Below, one piece after another: positions 24,601 through 31,874 of a DNA stretch of 64,000 bases. A program made the translations under genes and the position numbers. The notes under the pieces are model-generated. The model did no database searches and was not told where the DNA came from. It saw only the letters and a list, made by a program, of their open reading frames with translations. This stretch comes from a virus (Duplodnaviria > Caudoviricetes): IMG/VR virus record IMGVR_UViG_3300035501_000922; one strand, written 5' to 3'. The number at the start of each line of letters is the position of its first letter. The first letter of the stretch is position 1.

Positions 24601-25701
24601 CTTAGCAGAATGAATAGATGTTTTTCTTTCTGAACGTAAACCAAAATTTTTACCAATAAATTTTGTAATAGTACCTGCCAGGCCAGCACTATATTTATCT
24701 CCCTCATCAGCCAACCTATTAAGCATTGTGGGAACAAAATTAGAGAAAGTCTTTTCAACAGTATCAATTGTTGAGCCAAATACTTTGGTTACCAATCCCT
24801 TAGTTAGTTCTGCTGTAACCATACCTAGAGGATTACTTGCTATCATGTCAAGCATACTCTCATCGAGGTCGAGCATGCCTAGGCTATCCTTTATTTGTTG
24901 ATTTACATAGTTTTTATATTGAGCTAAGTTAATACCACCGTTTTTAGTATTAAAAGTACCGGCGGCTGTAGTCCTATCAGAACCATATATATCGGTGTTA
25001 TTACCGCTTTGACCCATACGGTCATAATAGGCCATACTTGCTTCAATGTACTTGGTCATATTATCATTTTGATATTGAACCAAAGCACTTAAATTGTTAT
25101 TAATATTGGATAAGTGACCTGTTATTTCAGAGCCTAACTTCTCCATTTGATACAGACCTGCTGCACTAACAGAAATAAATGCATCCATTGATGCTTTATT
25201 TGTTTTAAGGATATTCTCAGACTGTTTCTTTATATTGGAAGAAAGATTTAAGACAGCGTCACGAGTTCCACTGTCTACTTGAACGTTATAGTTGTTATTA
25301 GTAAGACTAACGTCTTCGTCTTCATCACCGAATGAAACATCACCCGATGAATCTGACCAGAAGTCATCATTTCCATCTCCAAAATCAAACATTCTGTCGG
25401 TATTATTAAAATTACCTTCTTTTAAATCACTTAAAGCATTTTTATATGCTTTTGCAGCGAATGCTCCGTATTTAGATTGCTTTAATGTATCAGCAACCTT
25501 ACCAACTGTAGCCTTTCCACTTTTTAAAGAGGAAAGAATATTTTTAGAAGTTTTCGCAGATGTGCTTACAACTTCTGATAAATTGGGGTATATTTGTTTT
25601 AACGATTCTTGTGTTGATGCACCAATGCTCTTCATGGCGTTGTCTATCCATTTAGATTTGGTGTTTAATGTTTTTTCAAATGTAGATTTAGAAATAGCCA
25701 T
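12625..25701 (-). CDS. Tape-measure / tail-associated lysin polyprotein (4358 aa)
   Basis: Long helical, Gly/Ala-rich membrane-like N-terminal two-thirds. C-terminal domains recognised by motif: C39-like peptidase, CHAP, SGNH hydrolase, NlpC/P60-like and phage tail lysozyme. Confidence 0.85.
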   Translation of the reverse strand: MAISKSTFEKTLNTKSKWIDNAMKSIGASTQESLKQIYPNLSEVVSTSAKTSKNILSSLKSGKATVGKVADTLKQSKYGAFAAKAYKNALSDLKEGNFNNTDRMFDFGDGNDDFWSDSSGDVSFGDEDEDVSLTNNNYNVQVDSGTRDAVLNLSSNIKKQSENILKTNKASMDAFISVSAAGLYQMEKLGSEITGHLSNINNNLSALVQYQNDNMTKYIEASMAYYDRMGQSGNNTDIYGSDRTTAAGTFNTKNGGINLAQYKNYVNQQIKDSLGMLDLDESMLDMIASNPLGMVTAELTKGLVTKVFGSTIDTVEKTFSNFVPTMLNRLADEGDKYSAGLAGTITKFIGKNFGLRSERKTSIHSAKIEKGAIPFDGETKHAITQVITKELREQTSYLKAIADHYKIDTQKAKADADIFDYNQNKYVKQADLRGGILNDFRNTIMDSFDSSEIGKSLKTLVENESTKENQESLRHTIEEFVMQLTQSQKHVNVADTSSDGELQKILESISYNKGSRKNADHINDALQKLVKNNPSSAYSLTAAILSTQQAATDKLKDYEKNASYYNLQNSGLDNIENIYAELSKEMGYGKENNKKFKGIDKRRKREEFTGESQDFESSGLLSKMLSSGAKHTNGMMTSIMHGNTQEAMTEFTKIFTEQATAIGDTLRDKVISPLKIVLLGTKDANGNSEGGLLSGIRNGMGDILGSIKHNLTGKAWTDSKGNKYEDKDDSVLATLKNMGSTVKAGIMTKLFGPEEVDEDGNPTGKRKGSGIFNSFTESLKGGLDKWKEAFLGESIEGQSSKEVSEKIQKKFSTYTKDATVGGAIGAGVGVMAGGSVLGTLVGGPIGGAAMGIATSILTRSGKLQDWLFGKKDDETGERYGGFLSRGTQDYIKKNKLNIIGGGAVGALTSTLAGKTGGALGTLVGGPIVGAGLGIATTLVTRSDKFKAFLFGDEEKGQIGLVNAIKNGFSKKASRGNNGEEFSLDGKVLGMSGIGILGGVMASAVMPGGPIFGGLMGLGASIAANGESFKKFLFGEDYEEDGKKKHKNGLFGRFGNMLNANVLRPMKTQLSYYLKTVSLDLEYKFGDTITALTESVSEHVGSVFASIRDNIGGICNDIGTGIKENLVDPLVDIVRDNVIEPVADTVKGIAALTFHAVRGAVLAPIRLVRGVLDIAKSKIVETWENSNLKAALDIGKDWLKTQIKRGIRGITKGVLKIVKTALTPLRLLGKGVKGLAGLAGKGVAKLYDGANNLTARINGSQLDSVNTEGMSPSERWRYRKMLETDERNKLRKEHNDQKERDKNAKIIEKATKGQYSSDTAEARAAAIRAKPSLAKKLNTKVETEDQMAKKAKEKIEGRAIALGTTFAQVKQMKDFSTLNAEGKLIWIASKIYAQLTGDKDDTDPRDEKTKDELKKEGDNFSYEEKTNAFKEYQKILENNGGDTEAAMKEVEENGSDVLQWTAKNFNSMKDYKDKETEEKNKNAAILSLGAKFFKKSEKYANLDNEIKDSEKKDNESYDIYLRSMARKKFFELKDKGLLDDYDGFDDFADDFVKNKGQITSSASGKKLDLTDGKHGILSLDNYLSNSEKFNPFTSDVFSFDIGHWRRNKKLTKKKKKRDKLKEKEDKKIEKLAAKKTKKDEKNGESITLVDEDNTEENGGEGVGRTHIRGGSGGGRGLITGAIGAAVHTVGKVVTAPVNLAKSALTKVREKGVKQADKVREKEKEKERSLFTQIRDNTKAQYDETKSHNAIWSKIFSKKGLITVGLLAAVPFVTKAMKWLVSDHFSNTISIVKKVATTVGEGFNALKNGTFGEWAKMTASNIDEKLENSTFGETYKLIKTTVSNVATIASALAPVSATLFNTIDWPSVTNALLSIAEGVGTLVNKIAGVVNSFTENKSTNKDNRSNLDNAVAEVTNDANAIEDLATGHPLEAAETYLTNEDGEVDHATAAKVNFLLHPNAVKATTKTLVKGIPKVAKTTGKVLSKLPFMTTKVAGTTLKVAGTGAEAGVNAASKGLNAIANSNLVTNAKNAFYGTEFGSQVKAAQDWWNTPITDVFGKNTAETVAEEGAEDAAATIAGDAAKEGVEEAAKDTAENVAKETAEETAKDTAETVAKDGVEDAGATIVKDTAKDTAETVAKDGVEDAGATIVKDTAKETAETVAKEGVEDAGATIAKDTAETVAKNGVEDAGATIVKDTAETVAKDTAESTAATLGKDAAKETAETVAKEGAEGASKGGSKIVKQIIEKIKSWIDELLEKVGKKLNKKVGKDSGVKAVEKSVTDGLENMGEEATKKIEKGATEAAAKEAGGAATLGVGTVIMEGGGFLLGAINSSGDGGVARLFQIPQSKVDGKMRIIAAVLGGFTGTTVGSIVDLVNEVVCVGILGFDLLTQIACAIYNIVAKDKDVDKLQDAQIEWKGEYEEYRQGEIEDAYETAVKNGEIDGNEVSLADYIDGVNDGTYTVKYDSFADWNDDQNKTVGAQIADAYDNLIDKGGDLIAAGVDKAKQFGKNVKNTFSSMADKGGDLIAAGVDKAKNAGKKLKNGATKLFNKGKNGLKKLGKGAKNLFNKGKDKVKDTAKKVKNGAKNFIKDPLGSTKKLFNKAKDKVKDTTKKVKNVAKKAAKFLTTKKETAWYDTDGSYYVANGKSFDHYNANGSKIDEDVDADEIQERITAGELEEGTATVKNKIGTIASAIGDKAKNIFSSVKEKASGVFTKLSKLSDTKWGKLASKVASPLTSVIKSLTSKKEKAWYDTDGSYYVANGSGFDHYNATGDLIEENVDSETITEQINSGNLTEGEAVVNSSSLKEGLNNIKDKLSNAWSTGVSKAKDLYKNMKSKVSSVFKSIQENGIIGSIKKLVSSSSQEAWFDANGNYYVKNGKKFDYYNANNDLIEKGIDADEVQEKITTGLLTKGKIQKDSAAKNAVDKIKKSVKESWDKAKSTVSAGWTKFTKWITGGSGDGHTVDDFDTDDYGEPSIMGGSGMGFRRLRSPHGGRGADTVNGFSYYSQNDSDWKNSAYGNDGATMGDTGCGPTAMSMVASQMTGQNVTPTETASLAQMTGDRDSTGTNWNFIDKASAAYGINSTEQFNPSGEYIQSQLEQGKPMILSGASGTGGFGSGDTPYTPAGHYVVATGIDNNGNIDISDPRGKSYSKKFNVDDVASQTGAAWSFGQGGGFGSALESKLGTRLANFDSDAYKSPINQLSEGQCTWYAEGRAYEKCGWEGITDRPRGNGGEIYSKATKDGYDTGTSLKANSLVSLGSSSQYGHVMFVEDVDTDNNKVYYTEANNPANNVVDSDDGKLKVQSIDDWNNKRSIHGYVYCGDSTSSDDSTYDTSTNTVVDSSSDSSSSSSTNSILSGLSSLMGEIGNRFVNGAFTGNYDSDYSSYISSLHNSSSSSSSSTSDTSSTDNSGKKIVMIGDSRTVGMCSAMGGPYIQQTGYIGTKDNVTYIAKEGSGFDWLSETAYNLAKKYVDSNTVVLMWHGVNDVNNADKYAKFVKTEMTKLGAKIYYISVGPCNKNYTSSNSGIEKFNKSLKDALPSDVGWVDVYSYIKDGFTKNEMGTSDGLHYNDTTYKSIMSKIMSTIGASTTVSTGGGSGSGRPSILSRAKSFISNATKGQNGGFGLGRIRRGGGFGSKPLIRGGFGESTDGTIQRTSNGGYTYTSDFFGWPTKYKNSWENSKTQTEVENDITNAEYKHVLNHSTVNDKNQGIYKSPYDKYKAQTITYKATTTADDTTDSGMKHKKQILSKIRKVLKTYDTVKTTDDSSGSDSPAGWIECVQKVKQLFSEQLLAAGYTTDNAYKQENFTFDFGDKGKRGFRRDCTGFVSACLWYYGAVPDDDMPTGGYSSHNFGGSSSSQTLIDDLANAGFTRMTFPGWDKLNQGDILIKHNAHGEIYSSGDSAASHQSWNCGCDEGLLATDTVGGANYAYEEIWRPPNSAATGNSETTTGTATAGGILTGVTSLMGEIGNRLVNGAFTGNYDTDYESYIASLKSSTSSSDSSSDDSSSDGTTTNGTDVQAQVWNALIKKGYSSAATAGIMGNIQQESAFNPAVYSNDGGGGLIQWTPWKTKIGAYSEKLGKGIDGWKNNVSMQMDYLDSTIDAENWAFKQNPSKRWNAPNTTVDEFKKATNPVTAAKQFEAGYERSNMNYTNMPKRTKYAQAFYDTYSSTDSTKMSELVTQYVAEGMDISDAVIAARKKLNGDDGGSGTGRKIISGGRGTGAKISKQRTLAPVQCGPHEGGGGRGDDEQSTTYSTSSSTNADNVVKDYKSSLKASSVTSANQIDSTLIANIISLLKDIANNTLDSSDKLDYLKSIDINGDSVTNNTFVTSNNNNNSKNSTSSSSGSNTLQHTESRNEKLAKRIAAGI
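13230..13680 (-). other. Phage tail lysozyme (Phage_lysozyme2-like) domain within the tape measure
   Basis: 'VWNAL..KGYS..ATAGIMGNIQQES.FNP...GLIQWT...A..F...YER...R..YA..FY'. Confidence 0.85.
13920..14410 (-). other. NlpC/P60-like amidase domain within the tape measure
   Basis: 'RDCTGFVSACL...GDILI...HGEIY' Cys/His pattern. Confidence 0.7.
14970..15485 (-). other. SGNH/GDSL hydrolase domain within the tape measure
   Basis: Blocks 'IGDSRT', 'G.G', 'HGVND' and 'DGLHY'. Confidence 0.85.
15757..16190 (-). other. CHAP amidase/endopeptidase domain within the tape measure
   Basis: 'GQCTWYAEGR...GNG...YGHVMFVE...YTEAN' is the CHAP signature. Confidence 0.85.
16210..16715 (-). other. Peptidase C39-like domain within the tape measure
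   Basis: 'YYSQNDSDW...GCGPTAMSMV...GHYVV..G...DP' gives the papain-like Q/C/H/D pattern. Confidence 0.8.
19020..19530 (-). repeat. Coding tandem repeat (~16-20 aa unit, TAETVAK(D/E)GVEDAGATIVKD) in the tape measure
   Basis: Visible in DNA as recurring 'ctttagcaacagtttc' and 'tatctttaacaatggt' units. Confidence 0.9.
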
Positions 25702-25741
25702 TTAACTGACTCACTCCTTTCCTCATACAAGAGGTTATCGT

Positions 25742-25753
25742 TAAAAGATTGTT
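25742..25753 (-). promoter_or_regulatory. Late-type promoter of the tape-measure gene
   Basis: Minus strand AACA ATCTTT TA, ~40 nt upstream of the start, with RBS AAAGGAGTGA. Confidence 0.65.
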
Positions 25754-25788
25754 TTTTAAGGATATCTACATGTGAAAAAAGAAAAAAA

Positions 25789-25824
25789 AATAGGAGTAAC
25801 GAGATTATACTCGTTACTCCTATT
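25789..25824 (-). terminator. Intrinsic terminator
   Basis: aataggagtaacgag/ctcgttactcctatt stem followed by a long U tract on the minus strand. Confidence 0.8.
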
Positions 25825-25846
25825 TAAAGGGAGATAAGTTAGTGTA

Positions 25847-26419
25847 TCACTTTTTGTCAACTCTCTTGCGAGACTGAAGGAACGCAGGACAACCTGTCTT
25901 AACACCAAGTTCCTTATGCTTCTTCTTTGTAGTCTCAAATGTTCCAAGATAGGAACGATCCTGAGGAGAATGTGCATCTGCAACAGTAGTCTTCTCATCA
26001 ATATTCTTAATATAGATTCCGCCCTTAAATTCCTTGGTAGGAATAAAGTCAAACTGATTACCAGCATTAATATATTCATACAGAGCCGATGCAAAGAATT
26101 CATAAAGACCTTCCATGTTAGGAATTACGAATTCATCATCAAGGACTCTTACTGATTCAGACTTATCAACGCCAGCCTTTTCAATCAGTGTTTTGCACCA
26201 CTGACGGAATCCCTTAGTAACCATAACATCTTCAACAGAATCAAGTTCACCCTTCTTAACCTTAGCCATCTCTGTCTTAAAATTGACATCATTAGCCATT
26301 GCAAGCATTAATGTGTTGAAGTTCTTCTTGTTGAAACGGTTGATAACAATCTTTCCGTTTGCGTTCTTCTTAGCACTCATAGAATCAAGTGCTTCCTGTA
26401 CTGTCATAATCTTTGCCAT
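25847..26419 (-). CDS. Hypothetical basic protein, possibly nucleoid/DNA-binding
   Basis: 190 aa, RBS GGAGG, basic C-terminus. The beta-arm-like segment 'IYIKNIDEKT...HSPQD' is only weakly HU-like. Confidence 0.55.
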   Translation of the reverse strand: MAKIMTVQEALDSMSAKKNANGKIVINRFNKKNFNTLMLAMANDVNFKTEMAKVKKGELDSVEDVMVTKGFRQWCKTLIEKAGVDKSESVRVLDDEFVIPNMEGLYEFFASALYEYINAGNQFDFIPTKEFKGGIYIKNIDEKTTVADAHSPQDRSYLGTFETTKKKHKELGVKTGCPAFLQSRKRVDKK

Positions 26420-26434
26420 TTTAAATACCTCCTG

Positions 26435-26542
26435 TTATTTTGACAATTTGTTCTTCTTTTTCTGCTTCTTCCGTTCCTTAACTATTTTAAGGATATCGTC
26501 CAAACAGAAACTTTCAAGGTTTTTAATCTTAATCTTTTTCAT
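26435..26542 (-). CDS. Small lysine-rich protein (35 aa, MKKIKIKNLESFCLDDILKIVKERKKQKKKNKLSK), not in the ORF track
   Basis: RBS GAAAGGTGG upstream. Its stop lies just before the RBS of the 26419 gene. Confidence 0.5.
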   Translation of the reverse strand: MKKIKIKNLESFCLDDILKIVKERKKQKKKNKLSK

Positions 26543-26801
26543 AGATTAAAACCACCTTTCTTAATAAAAAGTATGACACGTTATAAAATAAAATAAATAC
26601 AACATGGATATAATTGGGGAGAACGATTTCTACCGTCCTTTTGTCTGACTGAGAGAACCGCAATTCTATGTGAAAAACCGCAAAAATAGATACGCTTGTC
26701 ATTACTTCCAATTTTGTTCATAACGAAACTCCAATATAATTTTATTGACCTGTATAGTTCTCCCCAATCATTTATGCATTTAATTTTATTTTATACAATT
26801 T

Positions 26802-26813
26802 AATAATATATAA
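26802..26813 (-). promoter_or_regulatory. Early-type promoter TTATATATTATT
   Basis: Same motif found upstream of multiple non-structural genes in this window. Confidence 0.55.
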
Positions 26814-26861
26814 ATGATATTTATAACTCAATATCGTTTCTCCTTGATGTTGACATACATT

Positions 26862-26898
26862 AGAAGATGATTACGGAATAATTCCGTAATCATCTTCT
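26862..26898. terminator. Hairpin directly after the RNAP beta exon 3 stop
   Basis: agaagatgattacggaat/attccgtaatcatcttct inverted repeat. Confidence 0.7.
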
Positions 26899-26907
26899 TC
26901 TTTTTTT

Positions 26908-27123
26908 TTATTCTTTTTCGTTATATATTTCTTTTAATCTATTCTTTAATTCAATAATGCATTTATTACCTAATGCAGTAAGTAATATACTAGGAGTCAT
27001 ACGTTTTAAGATTGAGTTAGAAGCTATGATTGTACTAACTTCTTCTTCAGGTCTAAAACTACTCCACGGTTCATATCCTGCAGGAATGATTTCACCAATA
27101 GTATTCTTTAAAGCGGTAAAATT
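26908..27123 (-). CDS. RNA polymerase beta subunit, exon 3 (71 aa, not in the ORF track)
   Basis: Translates NFTALKNTIGEIIP...NSILKRMTPS...EKE*. Joined to exon 2 it gives GSKIANFTALKN, equivalent to beta GDKMAGRHGNKG, and KRMT equivalent to SRMN. Confidence 0.9.
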   Translation of the reverse strand, partial: NFTALKNTIGEIIPAGYEPWSSFRPEEEVSTIIASNSILKRMTPSILLTALGNKCIIELKNRLKEIYNEKE

Positions 27124-27402
27124 CTGTTTCTTACTATATCTCTATAGTACATAGACTATATCTTCAATATATATTCTGTTACCAAATATACAATGCCTCC
27201 CATTTCCACATTATCTGTGTACTCTACTCAGTTATTCATATAGATGTTTCTTCTATATTATCTTTTCGATAGTCGTTGAACGTTCTTCCATTAGGAAGCT
27301 TCGCTGCTGATTGTCTCTATTCATTAGATTGTTACACTTGGTACTAATGACTTGGCAAGAGTTTCCAGCAATTAAAGAGGTTTTAAATCACCTATTTTGT
27401 TA
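27124..27402 (-). ncRNA. Group I self-splicing intron (279 nt, no homing endonuclease) in RNAP beta
   Basis: 5' exon ends in U. P1 AAAUCGCU/GGUGAUUU has U.G at the splice site. Core motifs UUAAUUGCUGG, AAUCAGCAG, GUUCAACGACUA and AAGAUAUAGUCUA are present. Terminal G at 27124. Removal restores the frame. Confidence 0.92.
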
Positions 27403-28383
27403 AGCGATTTTTGAGCCTATTTCAAGAGGTTCGGAATGCTTGATATAAAATTCAATCATTACGCCACCTTCTTCAATTTTTTGTCCCTTAATGACACCAA
27501 ACTTATTGGGCTCAATTTTCTTGGTTGTTTCATTTAACATCAATCCACATTTTACAATACTATTTGTAGACTCAGGGTCATATTTTTCTAAGAATTTTTT
27601 CTTCTTATTTATTGTATTATAATAGTTAGTAACTATCTTTCTTAATGAAGGTGATAACTCATCTACTTCTACAGTAGAATATATTTTGATATCTTCAATT
27701 ATACCTGAGTACTTAGAATGAATATCATTTCTACTTCCTTCAAGGACATTAGACTGTTCATCGGCACTCAGATTAGCAAGTAATGCATTAAGAGAACTAT
27801 CTTCAAATGAAGTATCAAATTGAACTAAGCTATCTCCAACTTTGATTTCATCACCTTTTTTAACCATATATTCAACGTTAGCATTCTTACCAATAGTAAC
27901 TTGTCTTACAAAGCACATCTCTGTTGCTGCTTCATCAGATAACTTTTCTGTTATCATTGTAGCATCCTGATATGTATTATATGTAGACATAATTGCTACT
28001 TTGGTAAGTGTACCCATGTTCATACGGCAGTTATTAAACTTATCATTTGTAAAGAAATCTTTATGGTATGCAAGAACATCATCTTTCTTAAACTTATCAC
28101 CAACTTTAAGTGGTGTAATAAGTTTATTACTAAGGAAGAATCCACCACCACCATTTTTAACAATAGTATTTGATAAGTTAATAGCACGACATTTACCAGA
28201 GTTATATTTTACAATCATGATTTCTGATGATTCATCATAATCAATAACTGTTCCATTTTCATCAGCATTAACTACGAAGTCTGAAGAAAGTTCGAATCTA
28301 CAAACTTCTTCAAAACCATTTGACATTAATACTGGTGATGATTTTTTAACAGGAATAACGTGCTTACTTTGCTTGATTGCATG
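27403..28383 (-). CDS. RNA polymerase beta subunit, exon 2 (327 aa)
   Basis: HAIKQSKHVIP...YNTYQDA..ITEK (beta GYNFEDS motif)...EIGSKIA. Confidence 0.9.
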
Positions 28384-28691
28384 CATTTCCATGTTAAATA
28401 TTGAGTCGTTACTTCAATATCAATACATAATGTATTGTCACTATATCACTATAGTGGTCAGACTATATCTTCATTTTATACTCTATTACCGAATATAAAA
28501 TGCCACCTGTTTCCACTCCACTTAGAGTGTACTCTACTCACTTCTTCACTTAGATATTTCTTCTAAGCTATGTTTTCGATAGTCGTTGAACCTTACTCTT
28601 ATAAATAAGAGTCTTGGCTGCTGATTGTCTTCAGTGAAGATGTTCCAGCAATTAAAGCGGTTTTTTAACGTTTAAGCCATGTATCAAGTTA
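28384..28691 (-). ncRNA. Group I self-splicing intron (308 nt, no homing endonuclease) in RNAP beta
   Basis: P1 ACGUUUAGGU/GCUUAAACGU with U.G. Same P/Q/R/S core. Terminal G at 28384. Splicing gives DDPTRLG|HAIKQSKHVIP, in register with beta DDANRALMGANMQRQAVP. Confidence 0.92.
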
Positions 28692-31600
28692 ACCTAAACG
28701 TGTAGGGTCATCTTTTGTAGCAGCTAGAGGAATTGATAACTCACCCGGTGAGAATAGATTTGTATCATGTAATTCATTAAGCTTTTCATCTTTTAATTCA
28801 ACATATCCTCTTAACGAAACAACTGAAGGATTCATGGTAAGTGTTTTATTTACACCTACTGAACCATCAGGAGACGTTGACGGAGAGATAACACCTGTTG
28901 AGGTTTTATCAAATGTACGTTTTTCCATTGTATATGATTCGTCAAGGTTTGCACCTCTGAAACCTTTACTGGAAATACCATGTGACATTTCCATTTCTAG
29001 TACAGGATTAAGTGTAGAGTAATCCTCTACAGTTTTTAAAGCGAGTATTTCTTTGATTACACAATCCTGTGGTACTGAGAATGTTTTCTTACCATTAGAA
29101 TTACGATACAGAATATATTTTTTAGCTAATCTTTCATAAAGAATAGCAGGAATAATTTCATTACTTCTTATTCTAGATAAACCCTGATTTATCTCAGGTG
29201 TAAACTGTGAATCAGATAATAACGATACTGCATATATGATGATTTCTACTAAGTCTGTTGGAAGATTGAGGTCTTCACATACTTCAATTGTAATAGGGTC
29301 CATCATAAATTCGTATACGTTTAAAAGAGCATTTGCAATTGTTGCTTTACCATATACTTTAATTAAGTAAGGCATATAGGGTTCTTTAGTATCCATTTCA
29401 GCTATTCTATACTCTGATGTATCAAGCATTCTATAACCATTGAGGAGTAAATCAATACCAACATCAGCTTGGTATACCAAAAAGCAATCTGCAAATTTTA
29501 AGAAGTTTTCATTTGGTTTTAACTGAGGGAGTTTATCCTCAAGTCTATATTTAACTTTTCCTTTTGTTAATAGTGATGATAAACCTTCCCAGAAACCAAG
29601 TAATAAACCTACTGCAACGAACTGACTCATTACTTTTGCTCTAGTATACATAAGTTTTTTAGGTGCTTTAGTTGAATTATATAACTCAAGTATATCATTA
29701 TTAAGAGTCTTAAGAATAATATCTACAATAGTCAAATCATCATCCGTTTTCTGTGTATTAGTATCAATAAATATTGGTGAACCGGACTTGTCTACACCTA
29801 TAAACATATGACCTTTTGGAATGGATATATTCTTCGAAGAAGCATAATCAGTAGCTTCTTGCTGGTCAAAAAATAGAGTAGTTCTTCCATTTTTATATCT
29901 GGTAGCAATCTTAGAGATTTCATCATATTCGATAGTGGTCACATACTTGTTGTTAACCGATAAGCTGTTACCGAATGTGAAGTAAGATTCAAACTCACTA
30001 GATTTTTTAAGCACATTCTTTAATCTTTCAATTGAAGAAATGGACTTTGTACCTACTCTTTGAATAAACATCTTGTTGTAGTTTGTTGTGAGCTGAACTA
30101 TGTCTGCACTTGTCTTTACAACAGGATATAAAAGATTTTGTTTCTTAATGAGTTTTCTGTTACCACCGATATATAAGAATTTATCTTCAATAAACTTAGG
30201 CATATCAACTTTAATGGTATGACGTTTTCTGTTTGCATCTTCAAGATAAATAGTATATGTATCTTTGTAGTTCAACTCATCTGAAGTATCCTTAATCTGT
30301 ATATCTCTAACATACATAGGAATTGACTTATTATTTAATGCTAAAATAGCATTAGTAATATCTTTAGGCATTAGCTTTTCATTATATGTCTTTTCAAAGT
30401 TATCGAACTTAATCTTGGTCATATTTTTATTTGATGTTCTAACACTGTTTGAAACATCTTTTACAGGAATATTTATATGACTAGACTGAATCTTATTGAT
30501 CTCTTTTATTGACATATTACCAACTTTAATATTCTCTTGTGCTTTCTTTAATTCCTTATCTCTTGCTGTTGAAGCCGACGACTGAGGAATAATTGGAGCA
30601 ATAGTCTTATCATATATTTCACTAAGGAGTTCCTTGTCTGAATCTATATCATTTTCAACTTTCGTTAAAATTACATTTGATATCGTCTCATCAGGGATTT
30701 CTGATGTATTGGGAATATTAGCCTCAACCTCTCGACGAACTATCTCAGCTTTGTTTTTGATTTTATTATAAATCTCAGGATTAGAAAATGCTGAGGATAT
30801 TGCTGTAGGTTTTTCAATTGTATCATTTGTAACAATTTCTGTAGCAGTTGATTTATTTATTGATTCATTAATCTTGCCGATAGAATCTTCTACAGCCTCA
30901 TCTTTTTTTATGTTATCTTCGTCAATAACTGTATCAACGTTGGGTACATAAGAATACAGCTTTTTCATTTCAATTTTAAACTTTAAATAAGTTTTCTTTT
31001 CAGCTTGTGATGGATTGACTTTCAGGCATTTCTTATCTGTATAAAGATAAAAATCAATATTAACGTCTTTTAACAATGGAAGAAAACGATACATTGAATA
31101 GTATATCATAAATACAGGATTATTCAGATTATCCGAAAGATTCTTTTCAAGTTTAAACTTTTCAATGTTTATTAAAATAAACTTATTCTTGTAAACTGAA
31201 AGATTACTTGAGTTAATAATTGCTTTAATATAATCCCAATAGATTTTAACTCTCTTTACAGGAGGAATTTTACTACAAAGAGAATTAAAAATTTGAATAT
31301 ACCTTGATAAATCATAGTACATGTTACGTGTGTCTTTTCCATCTATAGTCATCTTTAGATAAGGATGAACTTTAGTTTGAGTTTTAATTTTCTTATAAAG
31401 TTCTTTTCTTTCAGTTAATTCACGTATCCTATAATTCTTATTATATAATCTTCCTCTATAAATAGGATTATAATAATAGTAATAATACCTATTTCCACTC
31501 ATAAAATTAATCTTATTATTAATTATTTCTATGGATTCATTTGTATTATTAGTGTATAAAAAACATAGATTTCCTTTACCAATTTTATCTCCTCTTGGTA

Positions 31601-31748
31601 AAGTAATACGACGTGTCATAGTTTTTAAATATGGAAGAGACTCAGGATATACTGCTTCAGTAACTACCGTGGTTTCTTCCTGTTCAGGTTCATCTGTTGC
31701 TTCTAATGATATAGGATTATCATTTATAACATCATCAAATAAACTCAT
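28692..31748 (-). CDS. Multisubunit RNA polymerase beta subunit, exon 1 (probably virion RNAP; spliced product 1417 aa)
   Basis: 'KVDMPKF....F.YIGGN', 'R.FD....G.ISP.TSPDGSVGV' and 'DDPTR' beta motifs. Acidic N-terminal leader with LEA/TEA putative prohead-protease sites. Late-type promoter. Confidence 0.88.
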
Positions 31749-31776
31749 TTACATAACACTTCCTTTCTATAACCAT

Positions 31777-31788
31777 TATTCTTATGTT
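31777..31788 (-). promoter_or_regulatory. Late-type promoter of RNAP beta
   Basis: Minus strand AACA TAAGAA TA upstream of RBS GAAAGGAAG. Confidence 0.65.
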
Positions 31789-31826
31789 TTTTGAGCTTCT
31801 TTCTATTACCATTCATCAGTTACAGA

Positions 31827-31868
31827 ATAAAAAAGAGTATGGATTACAATATCCATACTCTTTTTATT
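31827..31868 (-). terminator. Intrinsic terminator
   Basis: aaaaagagtatggat/atccatactcttttt. Confidence 0.75.
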
Positions 31869-31874
31869 ATTAAG

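Noticed and set aside
26613-26768. tRNA or tmRNA suggested by GGGGAG...CTCCCCA ends
   Set aside because: No T-loop GTTCRA arm or cloverleaf, and no tmRNA-length body. Kept only as a generic structured-RNA candidate.
27400-28691. Stop-codon readthrough or an alternative genetic code to explain the broken RNAP beta
   Set aside because: The gaps have complete group I intron hallmarks and precise splicing restores conserved motifs. Other genes are intact in the standard code.
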